DNA of 62,923 nucleotides, filler included, from Octopus bimaculoides (Eukaryota): assembly GCF_001194135.2 (NCBI RefSeq). It is 4 parts of 3 records of this genome, joined end to end, with 100 filler letters (N's around TTAATTAATTAA, not from the genome) between each part and the next. Parts side by side here need not be neighbours in the genome. Positions count along the whole stretch, not along the records: positions 1 to 29,481 come from NC_068999.1; 3 more parts are not named here. The stretch is one strand, 5' to 3'. The notes under the pieces were generated by a model. The model saw nothing but the letters and a program-made list of their open reading frames with translations. It made no database searches and had not been told where the DNA came from. Shown here piece by piece: positions 14,135-27,123 of the stretch (its first letter is position 1; each line of letters opens with the position of its first letter). A program made the translations under genes and the position numbers.

Positions 14135-15069
14135 CACACGTACACGCACATACCCATTTATAATCTGATATCATAATTGCCTTTCCTAATAGAGCAAGTT
14201 ACTCATTGAATGTCTGTATGCTGCAGACCTTTTGCCTTTTGCAGAAATGAATTATTGTTTGTGAAAAAAAAAAATGAATTATAGACGTTGTCTTTGTTAT
14301 GTTAGAATGTATTTATCTAGATGAAATTTGAATACACTTTGATTTGTGATTTGCTGTTAGATGTAGGCATATCTACTTAAATAAAAAAGCATGGCCTCTG
14401 TCGAAAGCTGGAGATATACTGCAAATTATGTGTTGAATTGGTTAAATATTTAGACTACCCATACATCGTTTCCTTTGAAAATAACTTTGACATTCTTCGA
14501 TAATTTGTTATTTCTAACGTCATAATCAATAAATCTGGCGTGATAAGTTTAAAACACCATAACCTAAAATGGCCTTTGAATATAGTGTGCCAGATGACAA
14601 TTATTTGATATGCTAGTTACGCTTAGAAAAATTCAAACAGTACCAAACAGTTTCATGCCTAGCAACTTGCACTATGTTTTTATCAATTTCCTTATATTGA
14701 ATTGCACAAACAAATATAGTGAATTACCACAGTGGTGAAATCAGATTTGTGACGCATTGATTTGCTGTGTATGTATCGACAAAACTAATTTGTGAACGTG
14801 ATATTTCGGATAATGCGTTGATATGTGTCTAGCCACCAAATATTTGGGTAAGAAATGAAGTAATTGTACCAAGGCATATTTTCAATAAATATACGATATA
14901 CATTACTTGCTATACTTCACAAACGTCATCATGGGCCTCATTATTATCATCATCATCAACGTTGCCATTTTCGATGAAGGATTCAGCAGCGGCAGCGGCA
15001 GCTTCACTGGGTGCAATGCCAACGACATCCATTATCAATAATTCATATATATATATATATACTGTTTTC

Positions 15070-15280
15070 TTCTTTACTATTTTTACTTGTTTTAGGCACC
15101 TGGCAGCGGCCATGCTGGAGAACCGCTTTTATTCGAGCAAATCGACCTTAGGACTTATTCTTTGTAAGCCTAATACTTATTCTCTCGAACTCTCTTGCCG
15201 AACCGCTTAGTTACGAGGCCGTGTAAACACATCAGCATGGACTGTCAAGAGATGTTGGGTGACAAACCCAGGCAGACAAA
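15070..15280 (-). mobile_element. tRNA-derived SINE, family C, 3' half
   Basis: gcggccatgctggag ... cgagcaaatcgacc ... ggacttattctttgtaagcc ... gccgaaccgc; same tail at 61740-61795. Confidence 0.75.
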
Positions 15281-15287
15281 CACACAC

Positions 15288-15318
<31 letters not shown>

Positions 15319-15943
15319 AATATATATATATANNNNNNNNNNNNNNNNNNNNNNNNNNNNNNNNNNNNNNNNNNNNNNNNNNNNNNNNNNNNNNNNNNNN
15401 NNNNNNNNNNNNNNNNNNNNNNNNNNNNNNNNNNNNNNNNNNNNNNNNNNNNNNNNNNNNNNNNNGTATGTATATATTTATATATATATATATATATGCG
15501 AGTGTATGTGTGTATGTGTGTGCGTGTGTATTTATTTATCTAAATATTTATGTATGTATGTATGTATGTATGTATAGATAGATAGATAGATAGATAGACA
15601 TATAGAAGGATTAACGTTCCTCTCTACTACTGTTATAATCAAATCAATGTTACATGAACTATAGAGATTACACCATACTTTAGTGGTATGAATGTTTATT
15701 ACTTTTTAGCAAGAACAAGTTTGACTTCAAAGTCTATGACATAAAGCTGTCACGTTAATGCTCGAGTGTGGCATAGTGGGTCAAAAATTCGAACTTACAA
15801 TTTTTAAACAAGATTATTATTGACAATGATTCCATATTACCCTGCAGCATGAGACAAGTCCAAATTTCAGATATAGTATAAAACACATCTACCCAAGCTT
15901 AATCTAACCAAACTACATCTGACCAAGGAAAATACTGAGACAG

Positions 15944-16125
15944 AGGGAAATATTATGGAATAATTCTCCATAGAGGTTGAATACAGCCACTAATATAGCC
16001 AGAAGATTTCCTGAAACTTACAGATACTTCACAATCATACAAATATTACAAGAACTTCAGTAACAATACAGTCAAAGATACATACATTTGATACTCAACA
16101 TAGGATCGATGATTTTCATTCACAA
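15944..16125 (+). pseudogene. Decayed Penelope-like element ORF fragment (RT-to-endonuclease linker)
   Basis: Translation across frameshifts: REILWNNSP*RLNTATNIARRF / LKLTD..SYKYYKNFSNNTVKDTY / LNIGSMIFIHN. This resembles the PLE motif IIWFNPP...TNI...FLKLID...KIFN.NTVK.SY...NI.SII..HN. Confidence 0.6.
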
Positions 16126-16864
16126 TACGAACAACAACATTAAGAACCGCACCCCACAAAATATCTTGTAACTTTACATTAGCTAATGCCTAGCCCTGAA
16201 GAATGTTCGTTAATTCGATAGTCTTACATTTTAGTGAATTCCATAATATAATGTATCAGTAGGAGGACAGAATAGAAGAGAATTTGTTAAATCCGTGGTC
16301 TTATATTTAGTTAGATTCATAATTTTACGTGTCCGTACGTTCTTAAATTCGGTGCTAATGGCTATTTGACCGGAGGCGTAAGCTGAAGGATTTATAGCGG
16401 TTAGGGATATCCGGTGAAGTTATTACACATATGTGACGCTAATTTGTAGCTTCTAAGTTAGTCATTGTAATTTCAGTGGAAGCCGTAGTATAAGGCTTAA
16501 GTTAATATTTAAAGTAATCACCATACATTGTGTACAATAGGCTAAGTAAAGAAACAATAGAAATAGTTGAAATAGTACATAGAAAGAAAAAAAGCATTAA
16601 GATTGATAGGGAAATTATACATGTAAAATGAGTCTGTAGATTAGCTAAGACTACCGAATGATTTTACATACTATAATTTCCTTTCCTGTCCTTCTATTTT
16701 TCTTTCTATTTTCCCCTCAATTCATCTGTGCCATATAATCGTTCTGAAGATGTTTATCAATTTTTATGAAGTAAAGGGAAATTTATCCCATTTTGATAAA
16801 TACAAACAACTGTAAACGTACTCTCATCTTAATTAAATAATGACTTTAAAACGCTAACAGTATT

Positions 16865-16895
<31 letters not shown>

Positions 16896-19800
16896 NNNNN
16901 NNNNNNNNNNNNNNNNNNNNNNNNNNNNNNNNNNNNNNNNNNNNNNNTGCATGTATGTACATTATATATATACATGTACGATGAGAGAGTAAATGAAGGA
17001 GACAGACCAAGTATATGATTGAGTACTTAGTTATTCCCTGTTATACAATATCTGTGTTTATCGTATTTAAAACATAATTGCCGCAAAACATTTGCGAGTG
17101 TAGTATACACGTTAATGATCGGTTTCGACGGAATTAGTAACCTCTGATACATGTATCGATTAATTTTAGTGCTATTTGTTCACACATTAATGTCAACAGC
17201 ACAAAACAGTTATGAGGAAAGAATCCGGTTTGCCAACATTCAAATTGTGTGCGTGTATGTTTATATCTTCTACTGTATATTTGTGTATGCTTCTCTTTTC
17301 ATATGGTCTATACGTTTATATATGCATGCATATGTTTCTTTGTTCTCATATATGTATACATGATGCAAAATCGATATTTATCATTGTTTGCTATTTTAAT
17401 TTTTCATCAAAGGTCAGCTTTTATGATTGGAGTTTAATATATAACATATTGACTCGATAGGAAATGTAGCCAAATATTAAACACACAACTCGCCATTGTT
17501 ATCATCAAAGATTATAAAAATGCTATAAACACATATATTTACATTGCTTTCAGAAATATTACACATTTTCATTGATTTTATTTTTCCATAACATTCTCCA
17601 AGAATGAACATCTTTAACACTAAGTCTATCTATTTACTACTTTTTTGTGTTTCATTTTTAACAAAATCTAAATTCATCTGATGACAATCTAAAAGCAAAA
17701 GTGATCGCCTAGGCCAAAAGAGGTCTAGAAAGATTGATGGTCTGGTCAGTGAACAAGTTAGTTATTTATTCTAGAAACTAATGAATGATTGATAATAATC
17801 AATACACCTGAGTTCACTTACAAAACAAAAATATTTTTTATCTTGATGTAATTATTGATTTAAATTTGAAGCTTTTCTATGATAAATTTTGTCGCAAACA
17901 TTATGTTTAAAAAGAAGATATTTCCATATTTTCCGTTTTGTTTATTTGACCTATAAGACATTTATATATCATTTAGATCTCTATAGCTATTAGATTTAAG
18001 TTGGTGTAATCATGATAATCGAACATACTGGATACTCAAGCTGGTTTACATAAACGGTTGTTAAAATGCGAGTAAATGGCATGCTGTAAGAATGGAACGT
18101 ATACTACATTATCATCAAAGAAATAACAATGCATTTAATTATTGATAAGAAAACTGGTTTTCTTATTTTGATGTGTTCGTGAGTAAAGAAATAACTGCCA
18201 CTCACCATTCAAATGGAATCCATTTAATAAAGTGTGCATATTATATCAGCAGTAACAACTGTTCTATATTATTGTATCATACCTTTTAGAGGTATATTTA
18301 TTAATATTATAAACGGCTGGTGCATTTCCATAATACAATACGTGATTATAATTACGATATTCAACGCCGAAACGTATATACATTTTATGTAATGAATTCT
18401 TTTAATTAGGTTCATTTCAGTAACATGAACCAAAGGAGTCGTCTTTTATAGAGAATCTCGAATGCTAACAGCGTAGGTGTCGTTTTCTATACGATGAAAT
18501 AATAGATGTTGCATGTAATATATAATTTGACATTCAGGAAATTTAAAATCGCGATGAGAAACCTATTTATCAATACGTTCAATGGATGTTCTTGCCTTTT
18601 TGCCATGACTAATAACGTATCCATTGCAATATACTCAAGTACCTAACGAGCAGATTATTGCTATTATTGCGATTCGGATCCAGTCTTTTCTCTGATAGAA
18701 TAGTGTTAAGAAAATATATGAAGTGGAACGTAAATGCAGTACACAATTCAGCGTTTAAAATATCCCCGCTTATTTATGCTATGCTTTATGTGAGAGTTTG
18801 GATAGACCGTAATTGGCAGGAAGACGAAAGATATCGCCGTGGTATTGCTGTTCACGGCTTCAGAGAATTTGTAAATAAACCAACACTTGAACTGTAGTTT
18901 TCACTTGATAATAACGCGTGGTGATTATTTATTTCATGTAAGACCAATGACATTAGAAATAATTATTTCGTGACTCCATTCTCAAAGCCAATTCACAGAC
19001 AGTAAGAAGAGAAAGTGAGAAGAAATAAATATTGTACAAAGAGACCCGAGAATAGAATGACGATCAAATTATCAATCGCATGAGTCAACAGGCAAGAATG
19101 CCTTTGTTATATATAACTATGCGCTTGGCAGTCACACACTCGGCAGGTTATTCTCTCCGATTCTCACTGAAAATATATCAGCAATGAAAGGACAATGTCA
19201 TATGTCCGATGAGTAAACAAAAAAGTAGATGAATTTCTGTACCTATCAATTCCTCGTAGACCAACTAAGTTAACTGTTGCATTTTACAGGCTATAATAAT
19301 GTCTGCACAAAGATACAAATAGATAAGTATCAACTGGGACATCTTTTCCTCTTCCTGGAAATACTAGCATCAGCGGATGTATATTTGAAGTACAAGTCCA
19401 AAAAAAAAATCTTTAATTTGGAGATTGAAAGATTGCAGAAATATCTCCAACCACAAACCTAAAATCAGTAATGAACTTGTTGAAATGTGAAAGCAAATAC
19501 ATGAAAAAAAATATCGCTTACCTCCCACCAATGAACGTAGGCAAAACTCAACATAATACAAAAACAGAAACATAGATTAGTTCTTTGAAAGTTATATACC
19601 GCTCTATGTGAATCAGGGAAATACTCACACAAAATGTTTATAGCATTTCATTTCAAGGGTGGTTACCATTTAATCCATGTGTAATATTTAAACAAACATT
19701 ATGTATACCATTTTAAAAAAAGATAAAATTAGACAAATGAAGAAAAAAAACATCATTTCACACTACGTCCATATATTTCAAACGCAGAACTGGAGATATC

Positions 19801-20164
19801 GATCAAATCAATCCTGTTGTAGTGATATTATCTACCTGTGACTCACTTTCAATATGCAGCACAATAATTACGAACTTGTATTAATTGACTTAGTCTCATA
19901 AAATCATTCCACAAATTTTTGCGACGTGTGCATAAAAAGGAAAAGCAGAAATAATAACAAAATTAAAGAAAATATACAAATACCATTTATGAACTAAAGA
20001 AGTAATCCAAACTGCAATAAAGTAATGCTTCGGAGTAATCGAGGATTAAATAAAATAATCTCTGAAAAAAGTATCATTTTATTATGAAAGAGAAAAAAAT
20101 GTAAATCTAATATTATACACATAAACATACATATATGTATGAATGTATATATACANNNNNNNNN

Positions 20165-20240
20165 NATATATAAAATATAATATAATATAATATGATATAA
20201 TATAATATAATATAATATAATATAATATAATATAATATAA
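20165..20240. repeat. (TATAA)n pentanucleotide microsatellite
   Basis: Direct repeat run. Confidence 0.9.
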
Positions 20241-21164
20241 ACCGGACTCTCCCGTCGTTATACGACGTATGCATTTGTAGGCCAAACAGCGACATAAATG
20301 ATTTGTTGATAATGACCAAATGTTCGTGTTCATATGAGCTGCCACACTCCATCAAATCGACGTTACCTGTACAGGTGCAGAATTAGAATACTTGTACAGA
20401 TGCACAAGTACAATAAAATTATTTGCTCATGAACACAACGCCCAGTCTTGTAATCGAACCCAAGTTCTCGCAATCGTGAGTACAACACAATGTATGTGTA
20501 AATATTAAAAGAGCATTAGTTAGTTTTGTTGGCATCAACAAGCACACCAACAAGAATTTCGTTTCTTTTCGCCATCTCTCTTCTAGACGCAAATTTGCTC
20601 CGTAAAATACAGAAGTTAATGCACGGTTTGACTGCTGATTATTTACAAATAAACTAACGCATAACCGCTTTCAGCAGTATACCTAATACCATCGGTAAAA
20701 CACGATATTCAACTTATTAGCTAGGTCAATAAATCACAGTAAGTTAACTTGATTTCCGACAGCAAAAACTTCGCTCTACAAAACTTGGCTTACAGTCGAT
20801 CGACATGGGAGATATTAAAATGCATGGAATTCGTATGGTGTGCCAGACACGCAGATATCGAACATTAACCAAAATCACGCGCATATGCAAATTTGTATAG
20901 TAACATGCACGCGGACGCATGCACACACACCCTGCACATACACACACGAACACACACATACACACAAACGTACACACATGTAGATTATTACTTAGTTCTG
21001 ACTGTGGAACACAATAGATTAGAATCCATCATTTTTTAAACTCAAACTATTACTGAATTAAAGTTACGTAGTTGTGCATAAATCTCCAAATACATATATG
21101 AGTTGATTTGGTTCTATATTGACTTAGATGGAATGAACTAAATAGCATTACAATTAGTTATGTA

Positions 21165-21300
21165 GTGGTGGCTGTGTCGTAAGAGGCCTTCCTCTTAACT
21201 ACATGTCACGGAGTCACTCATGCAGTGATATTTTCGTCAAATGCCTTGTAATGCAACCCCAGGCTGATTTGGTAGAGGAATACTGTAAGAATTCCGATGT
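21165..21300 (+). mobile_element. Degraded SINE family C head and core
   Basis: gtggctgtgtcgtaagagg ... gatttggtagaggaatactgtaagaa; a similar head fragment lies at 21668-21720. Confidence 0.55.
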
Positions 21301-21314
21301 ATACATTCATAGAT

Positions 21315-21371
<57 letters not shown>

Positions 21372-22806
21372 TATATCTATGTATATATCTGCGTTTGTGC
21401 GTATGTATGTCGTATGNNNNNNNNNNNNNNNNNNNNNNNNNNNNNNNNNNNNNNNNNNNNNNNNNNNNNNNNNNNNNNNNNNNNNNNNNNNNNNNNNNNN
21501 NNNNNNNNNNNNNNNNNNNNNNNNNNNNNNNNNNNNNNNNNNNNNNNNNNNNNNNNNNNNNNNNNNNNNNNNNNNNNNNNNNNNNNNNNNNNNNNNNNNN
21601 NNNNNNNNNNNNNNNNNNNNNNNNNNNNNNNNNNNNNNNNNNNNNNNNATATATATATATATATATAGGCTAAGGAGTGGCTGTGTGGTAAGGAGCCTGC
21701 CCCACCAACCCCCATGTACATGCCTTGCACCCTACACATCTTCCTCTCAGGAAGAGCAATACATTTATTCATCGAATAAAGTGATTTAAAGACAGCATGT
21801 TTGATTTGAGGATAGCGTTGTTATGGCTAAATTGTCGATGGCTTGAGGCGTTTTTGAGACTAGGTATGCTTATTTATAGATAGCCTGATCTTATACTAAA
21901 CTGACTAGCATGTGTAGATTTCTTTGAATATATAAATGCTTACTGCATGTTATGTCTGAGCCGCCCTGACTGTGGTGTGGGTTATGATACCACAGTGTCT
22001 CAACAATTCTCAACTAGTATTCTGACATCAGATTGTTTAAAGCTAGTTTTATTAAGTGCGTTTGGCAGTCATTACTACAAACACTACAACATTGACAGTG
22101 AGAAAAAGTTACAGTTGGAAACGTAGATTGTTCCACAATAAGATATTCTTGTGAAGTAAATATTACGTAAAGATTATTAAAAAAAAATACTTAACCTTAT
22201 GTGATGAGGTAGTAAGAAATGAAACATCAAGTTCAGGCATCTGTGGCAAAAACTATAGTAAGTAAAGTATTATTTTTTGTGTGATTACGTTTATGTATAT
22301 CTATCAGACATGAGAAACAGAAATACTGTTTCAGATTAACATCAATTTGCCGGTCACTTATTGTTTTTCACCTTAAGTTAATACTAGACAAATCATATTA
22401 TGGAGCGTAATTGTGTGTTGTTTTTTTTTCACGAATATAAAATCTAAACCTACGTGAATCAATGTTTTGTAATATATTAACTGACAGTATTTGATGTTAA
22501 TTTACAACAATAGGATTCCCCGAAGATTTCTATAGAGCTATACTACATATTGCTTAGCCACACAAAAGTTAATGTCAGTTGCATAACAAAAAGGTTTACA
22601 TAAACATATTATTATAGCCAAACATTTAAAGAGCATATTCCATATATCAAATAAAAATAAACAAGCAAACAAGATATGTATATATGTATGTATGTATGTA
22701 AGTGCGTGTATATATACAGGAGATTTCACGAGAAAACAACGGACGAAGAGAGGTGGTGTAAACAACAAATGGATGTATTAGTATAATGCTCGGGGATAGA
22801 GAACAT

Positions 22807-22842
22807 CTTTAACGTTTCAATCCTACGCTCTTCAACAGAAAG
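22807..22842 (-). ncRNA. Degenerate minimal type I hammerhead-like motif, second family
   Basis: Minus strand: cttt-CTGTTGA-a-gagc gtag gatt-GAAACGTT-aaag. Stem I cttt/aaag pairs and stem III is the palindrome ACGT, but core A6 is T and stem II is eroded. Confidence 0.45.
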
Positions 22843-24402
22843 GAATACAGAAATAGATAAGGAGAGAAACAAGGAGAGAAAAGAATATATATATGTGTAT
22901 NNNNNNNNNNNNNNNNNNNNNNNNNNNNNNNNNNNNNNNNNNNNNNNNNNNNNNNNNNNNNNNNNNNNNNNNNNNNNNNNNNNNNNNNNNNNNNNNNNNN
23001 NNNNNNNNNNNNNNNNNNNNNNNNNNATTATTTATTTATTTATTTCAATAACATCATTCTCGCAATATTTCAAAATAGCGTTAAGCCAAAATACAAGTGG
23101 AGAAAGTGAATTTAACAAGAGTACCAATAAATATAGACTGGGCACAAGGAAACGACTACTAATAATCCCTTCCAAATATAGAGTTGTTTATGAAATGTAA
23201 GTGTTCGGTGTATTGCTAAATATTGGTTTAATGGAAATAGAATACCTTGTTTATAAAAATAACGTGACTTAGTTTTATTCATTTAAAAGCATCCGGCTAA
23301 GTGATATTCAAGAAGAATCTCTAAAGAAAACACTTAGATGAAATTATTGATATAAATTATGCATGAAAACCCATACAATCATTATTACTTTTCTGCACGT
23401 GTTACTGTGTTCATTGTGTAAGAAATTCTGATCAAACATTTTTACGTCCATGTACTATACTTGTGCGTGAAGCTTTGTATGTTTTCGTATGTGTGCGTTG
23501 AAATTGGTATATTTGTCTTAATGTGTGTTTGAAGGTGTAAATTTTGTGTTCAAATATTGTGCCAGGTGTGAGTGTATGTATATAGATATCCTTACCATAT
23601 ACATTATACATTAACATATCTACCGCAAAGCTCTTTATGAAAAATCTATAATGGAAATAATTCAAGAGTGTAGATAAACGTCATGATACTTATGTGTCTG
23701 AAACGTGCAGTTTTTTAAAGAATTCTGAAAGAGCAAACTATTTATGAGTTATTTCAATTACCATTATAAAATATTCATGTCTTCAAAAAGATTATCTATT
23801 CTAAACTTTTTAAAAATACGCTAAATGTTGAATGAATTTACTTGCAGTTTGCTCTTTACACATTTAAATATTTTCTACTTGAAACTGTCTAAAGAAAAAC
23901 GTTCTCTGTATCTAAGTAATTCTATACGAGAAGTCTTAGGGAAATGTTCCTTATATTCCATCGTGAGTGTTCCGATATTTTCAAGTGGCATAGGATTTGT
24001 TTGTTCGTAGAACACAAACAGAGGACTATATCTCTCAAACGCAGCACCCATTAGAAGTGATAATATCTCCGGTGACGTACGAAAGCTAATGGTGTATTTG
24101 TGAATAATGTGGATTCCAGAAGAAACGTTTTGTCTGTTCGTAGTCAATATCAATATAATATAGTCACCCGAAATCTGTCAACTATAATATTGTACAGAGT
24201 ACAAAATGTTTTAAAGTCAGAGGCATTCATCATAATTTGCATGATTGGAAAAACCCTAAAATGTGTCACAGTTGGCATCTGTGTAAGGAAGTGCAACATT
24301 ATCTGTTGGCATTATTCGAAAGATTAACGGGTTTTTCACTTTTATAAAATAATATTTAGTAATATAGATCTAAATAGAAATGTGACAATAAATATAAATG
24401 CA

Positions 24403-24614
24403 CAGTAACCCCCTCGCCATTTCGCGGTTCACCTATCGTGGATTGTGCTTAAGCTGACGTCGATTCCTCCGTGGTGTTGTTTTGCATTTATAATAAAATA
24501 AACAAAGTATTACAAAACATCAAGATAGAGTACAATACTGTTTCTACTTCGCGAATTTCCACGTATCGCGCTGGGATTTGAAATGTAACACTCGCTATAG
24601 TCGAGGGATTACTG
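24403..24614. mobile_element. Tc1/mariner-pogo-type MITE
   Basis: Terminal inverted repeats cagtaaccccctcgccat... / ...gctatagtcgagggattactg; TA on the right flank, CA on the left; related 5' end at 57141. Confidence 0.75.
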
Positions 24615-25568
24615 TATACACATTTAATTTAGATTTCGCAAAGCGCTGGATAGAAATGCATACGGCGTAGGGGATTCTGCTAAAGGTACAGAAAACTGGA
24701 TGATGGTGGGGTAAGCAGCAGATTGGGAGGTATCGAAAACACAAAAGTAGGAGTATGAAAACGCTCAAAAAAATTGAAAGAACTAGGTTTTGTTTGACTT
24801 AAGACAATGATAGAACTCCCGAAAAAGGCATTGTACCCTTGAAATTAATGTGTTCCTAAAACAATGTTTTAGCAGTCACATGCTTAAGCTGCTTCAACGC
24901 TACTTGAGTAATATCTCCATAGACGTAAATAAACTGAAAGAAAATCATAATAGAAATTAGTAAACAATTACTGACTGAAATTATTTAAATTCAAAAATGT
25001 ACAATTTTCATGTCAGTTTAAGGGTTCATGGAGAATGTAGATGCTCCTTCATGTAGTGAGCCATATCTTGAAGATTTACATTTTAATGGTTGGTAGACAT
25101 TATTATTATTCAGCAACCATAATGATTCATACAGATTTATGTTGCCATATTCTCTTCACGAGTCTCAATAATGGTGAAAACGTTATATCCTACGGATGTT
25201 TCTCACTGTTCAGATTATAAATAAACATAGACACAACCGAATATGTCACAGCTTCGTGGCCTTTGGAAAATATTTGTTACGTTTACAATAAAGATTGTGA
25301 GAATCAGAGTCAGTGGGGGAGAGAAAAATGTGGAAGAGAGGGAGAAAGAGAGAAAGAGAGCGGCTTTGTACCACTTAAAGAGTTTAGAATAGATGTTAAA
25401 TTTCAATTTCATAAGTAAGAGATAACTTCCATTTTCAACTTATTCCATTCAATATTACCTCTTTTTCTTGAATACATTCTTTCTTTTCGTGTTTATACAT
25501 TGGTAGATGCATTCCTACATTCCTACATACATACAAACATAAACATACACACGCAGACACACACACAC

Positions 25569-25611
<43 letters not shown>

Positions 25612-26850
25612 GGTACACAAAGCAGTATATAAATTCATACATATACATACATACATATATATATATATGTATGTGTGTGTTTCAGTGTTAGGGTGTATAA
25701 CAACAAATAAATATCTATTTAATTGCATATAGAATGTTGGTTTACACATTTGTTATTTAAAGAAACAGCCATCACAATTTCTTATCTAGCGTTCCGTTCC
25801 TTTAGCTACAAACTGGTAGATGCAATCATACATTTCTTCTTTTTATTTTTTTAGCTATGGCTTCTAGCTAGGAAATTCATTGATTTTACTTCACATCAAT
25901 CAAAATGTCTGTGAGAAGAAAGAAATATAGAAGAAAAAAAAAATTCACTTTTGAAACCACCTGCCTGCGCAGTTTACCGACTAGACGAAAATTAATCAAC
26001 AGATAGACATCGGAGATAAAATCGCTTATTTGTGAGGAAAAACAACCATCCGTATTTAACTGCCAAGCGACGGGGAATTATGTAGTCGAAAGTTTAGTTG
26101 TAGACAGAACGTATATTATCAAAAAAATATGAAATAAAGAATATATCGACCCTATGACACAAAGAACAATTACGTATTGTAAATGAAACTAAAAGAAACA
26201 AAAGATTGGTACGAGCATTAACGACAACTATAGTAAACTATTCACTTGATATGCCTACGTTTGAATATCCAAGCAATTTCGATTTCTTAATGCCAAATAA
26301 AACACACCATTTTTCTACTACCTACATGAGTATTTGCATCATTGTTTTATATTTTAATTACACACTTATACACAATATATCTCAAAGCGAATGCCTGATT
26401 AGTGCTGTTAACTGACATGTATACCTCACTAAATTTCAGTTTCTGAACTTTGAGTAAATCGCATTGCAGATAACGGAATGGTAATCAATATTCGTGTCCT
26501 CAAGTTGTCATTGTACAAACTAGCATTCAATATAATTTGAAATAAATGGTTATCAACTCATGAAATATTAAATATACGAAAAAGTGTTTCACGTACATTG
26601 AGATTATCTGGAACATTGTTCACTGCAAGCGTAGAAACAATAATTCCTGTTCCATATACATGAAATAAAGAATCTGTTTCAGAATATATTTGTTCATAGT
26701 TGAATAACGAGATTCACTCTGAATAACGAAGTTGATTGTTATATGACACAGAGTTTATGAAAATTAATAAATTCTAGAATATTCTGTATTAACAAAAAAT
26801 AAGGCCATCAATCGTAAAATAATCTGATCCTTGAAATTTTGAATTGCAAA

Positions 26851-27123
26851 TCACACTAATGGTATTTGACATTCTATATATTTTCTCGATTCAACTGCTG
26901 ATTCAAAAAGACGTTTCCTGTCGAAAATCAATATTTCATTTTCAAACCGGCCTTCTTTCTCACGTACCTTTTGTCCCCTAGTATCGCTATTCCGGAGACT
27001 CTGTTTTATATTAGGATTATTTTCACAATGGTCCCTTGAATTAATAATATTTCTAATTATTTTAAACATATCTGCAGACAGACTAGAAGGATAAAGCGGT
27101 AGAAACTTTATCCTTCTTAACAT
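26851..27123 (-). pseudogene. Possible decayed CR1/L2-type LINE RT C-terminal fragment
   Basis: DMFKIIRNII...NSDTRGQKV weakly resembles the LINE 3' motif (M/V)FKII....TRGH. Confidence 0.3.

Noticed and set aside
24625-24665. LDFAK-like RT motif
   Set aside because: Only five residues with no supporting flanks.
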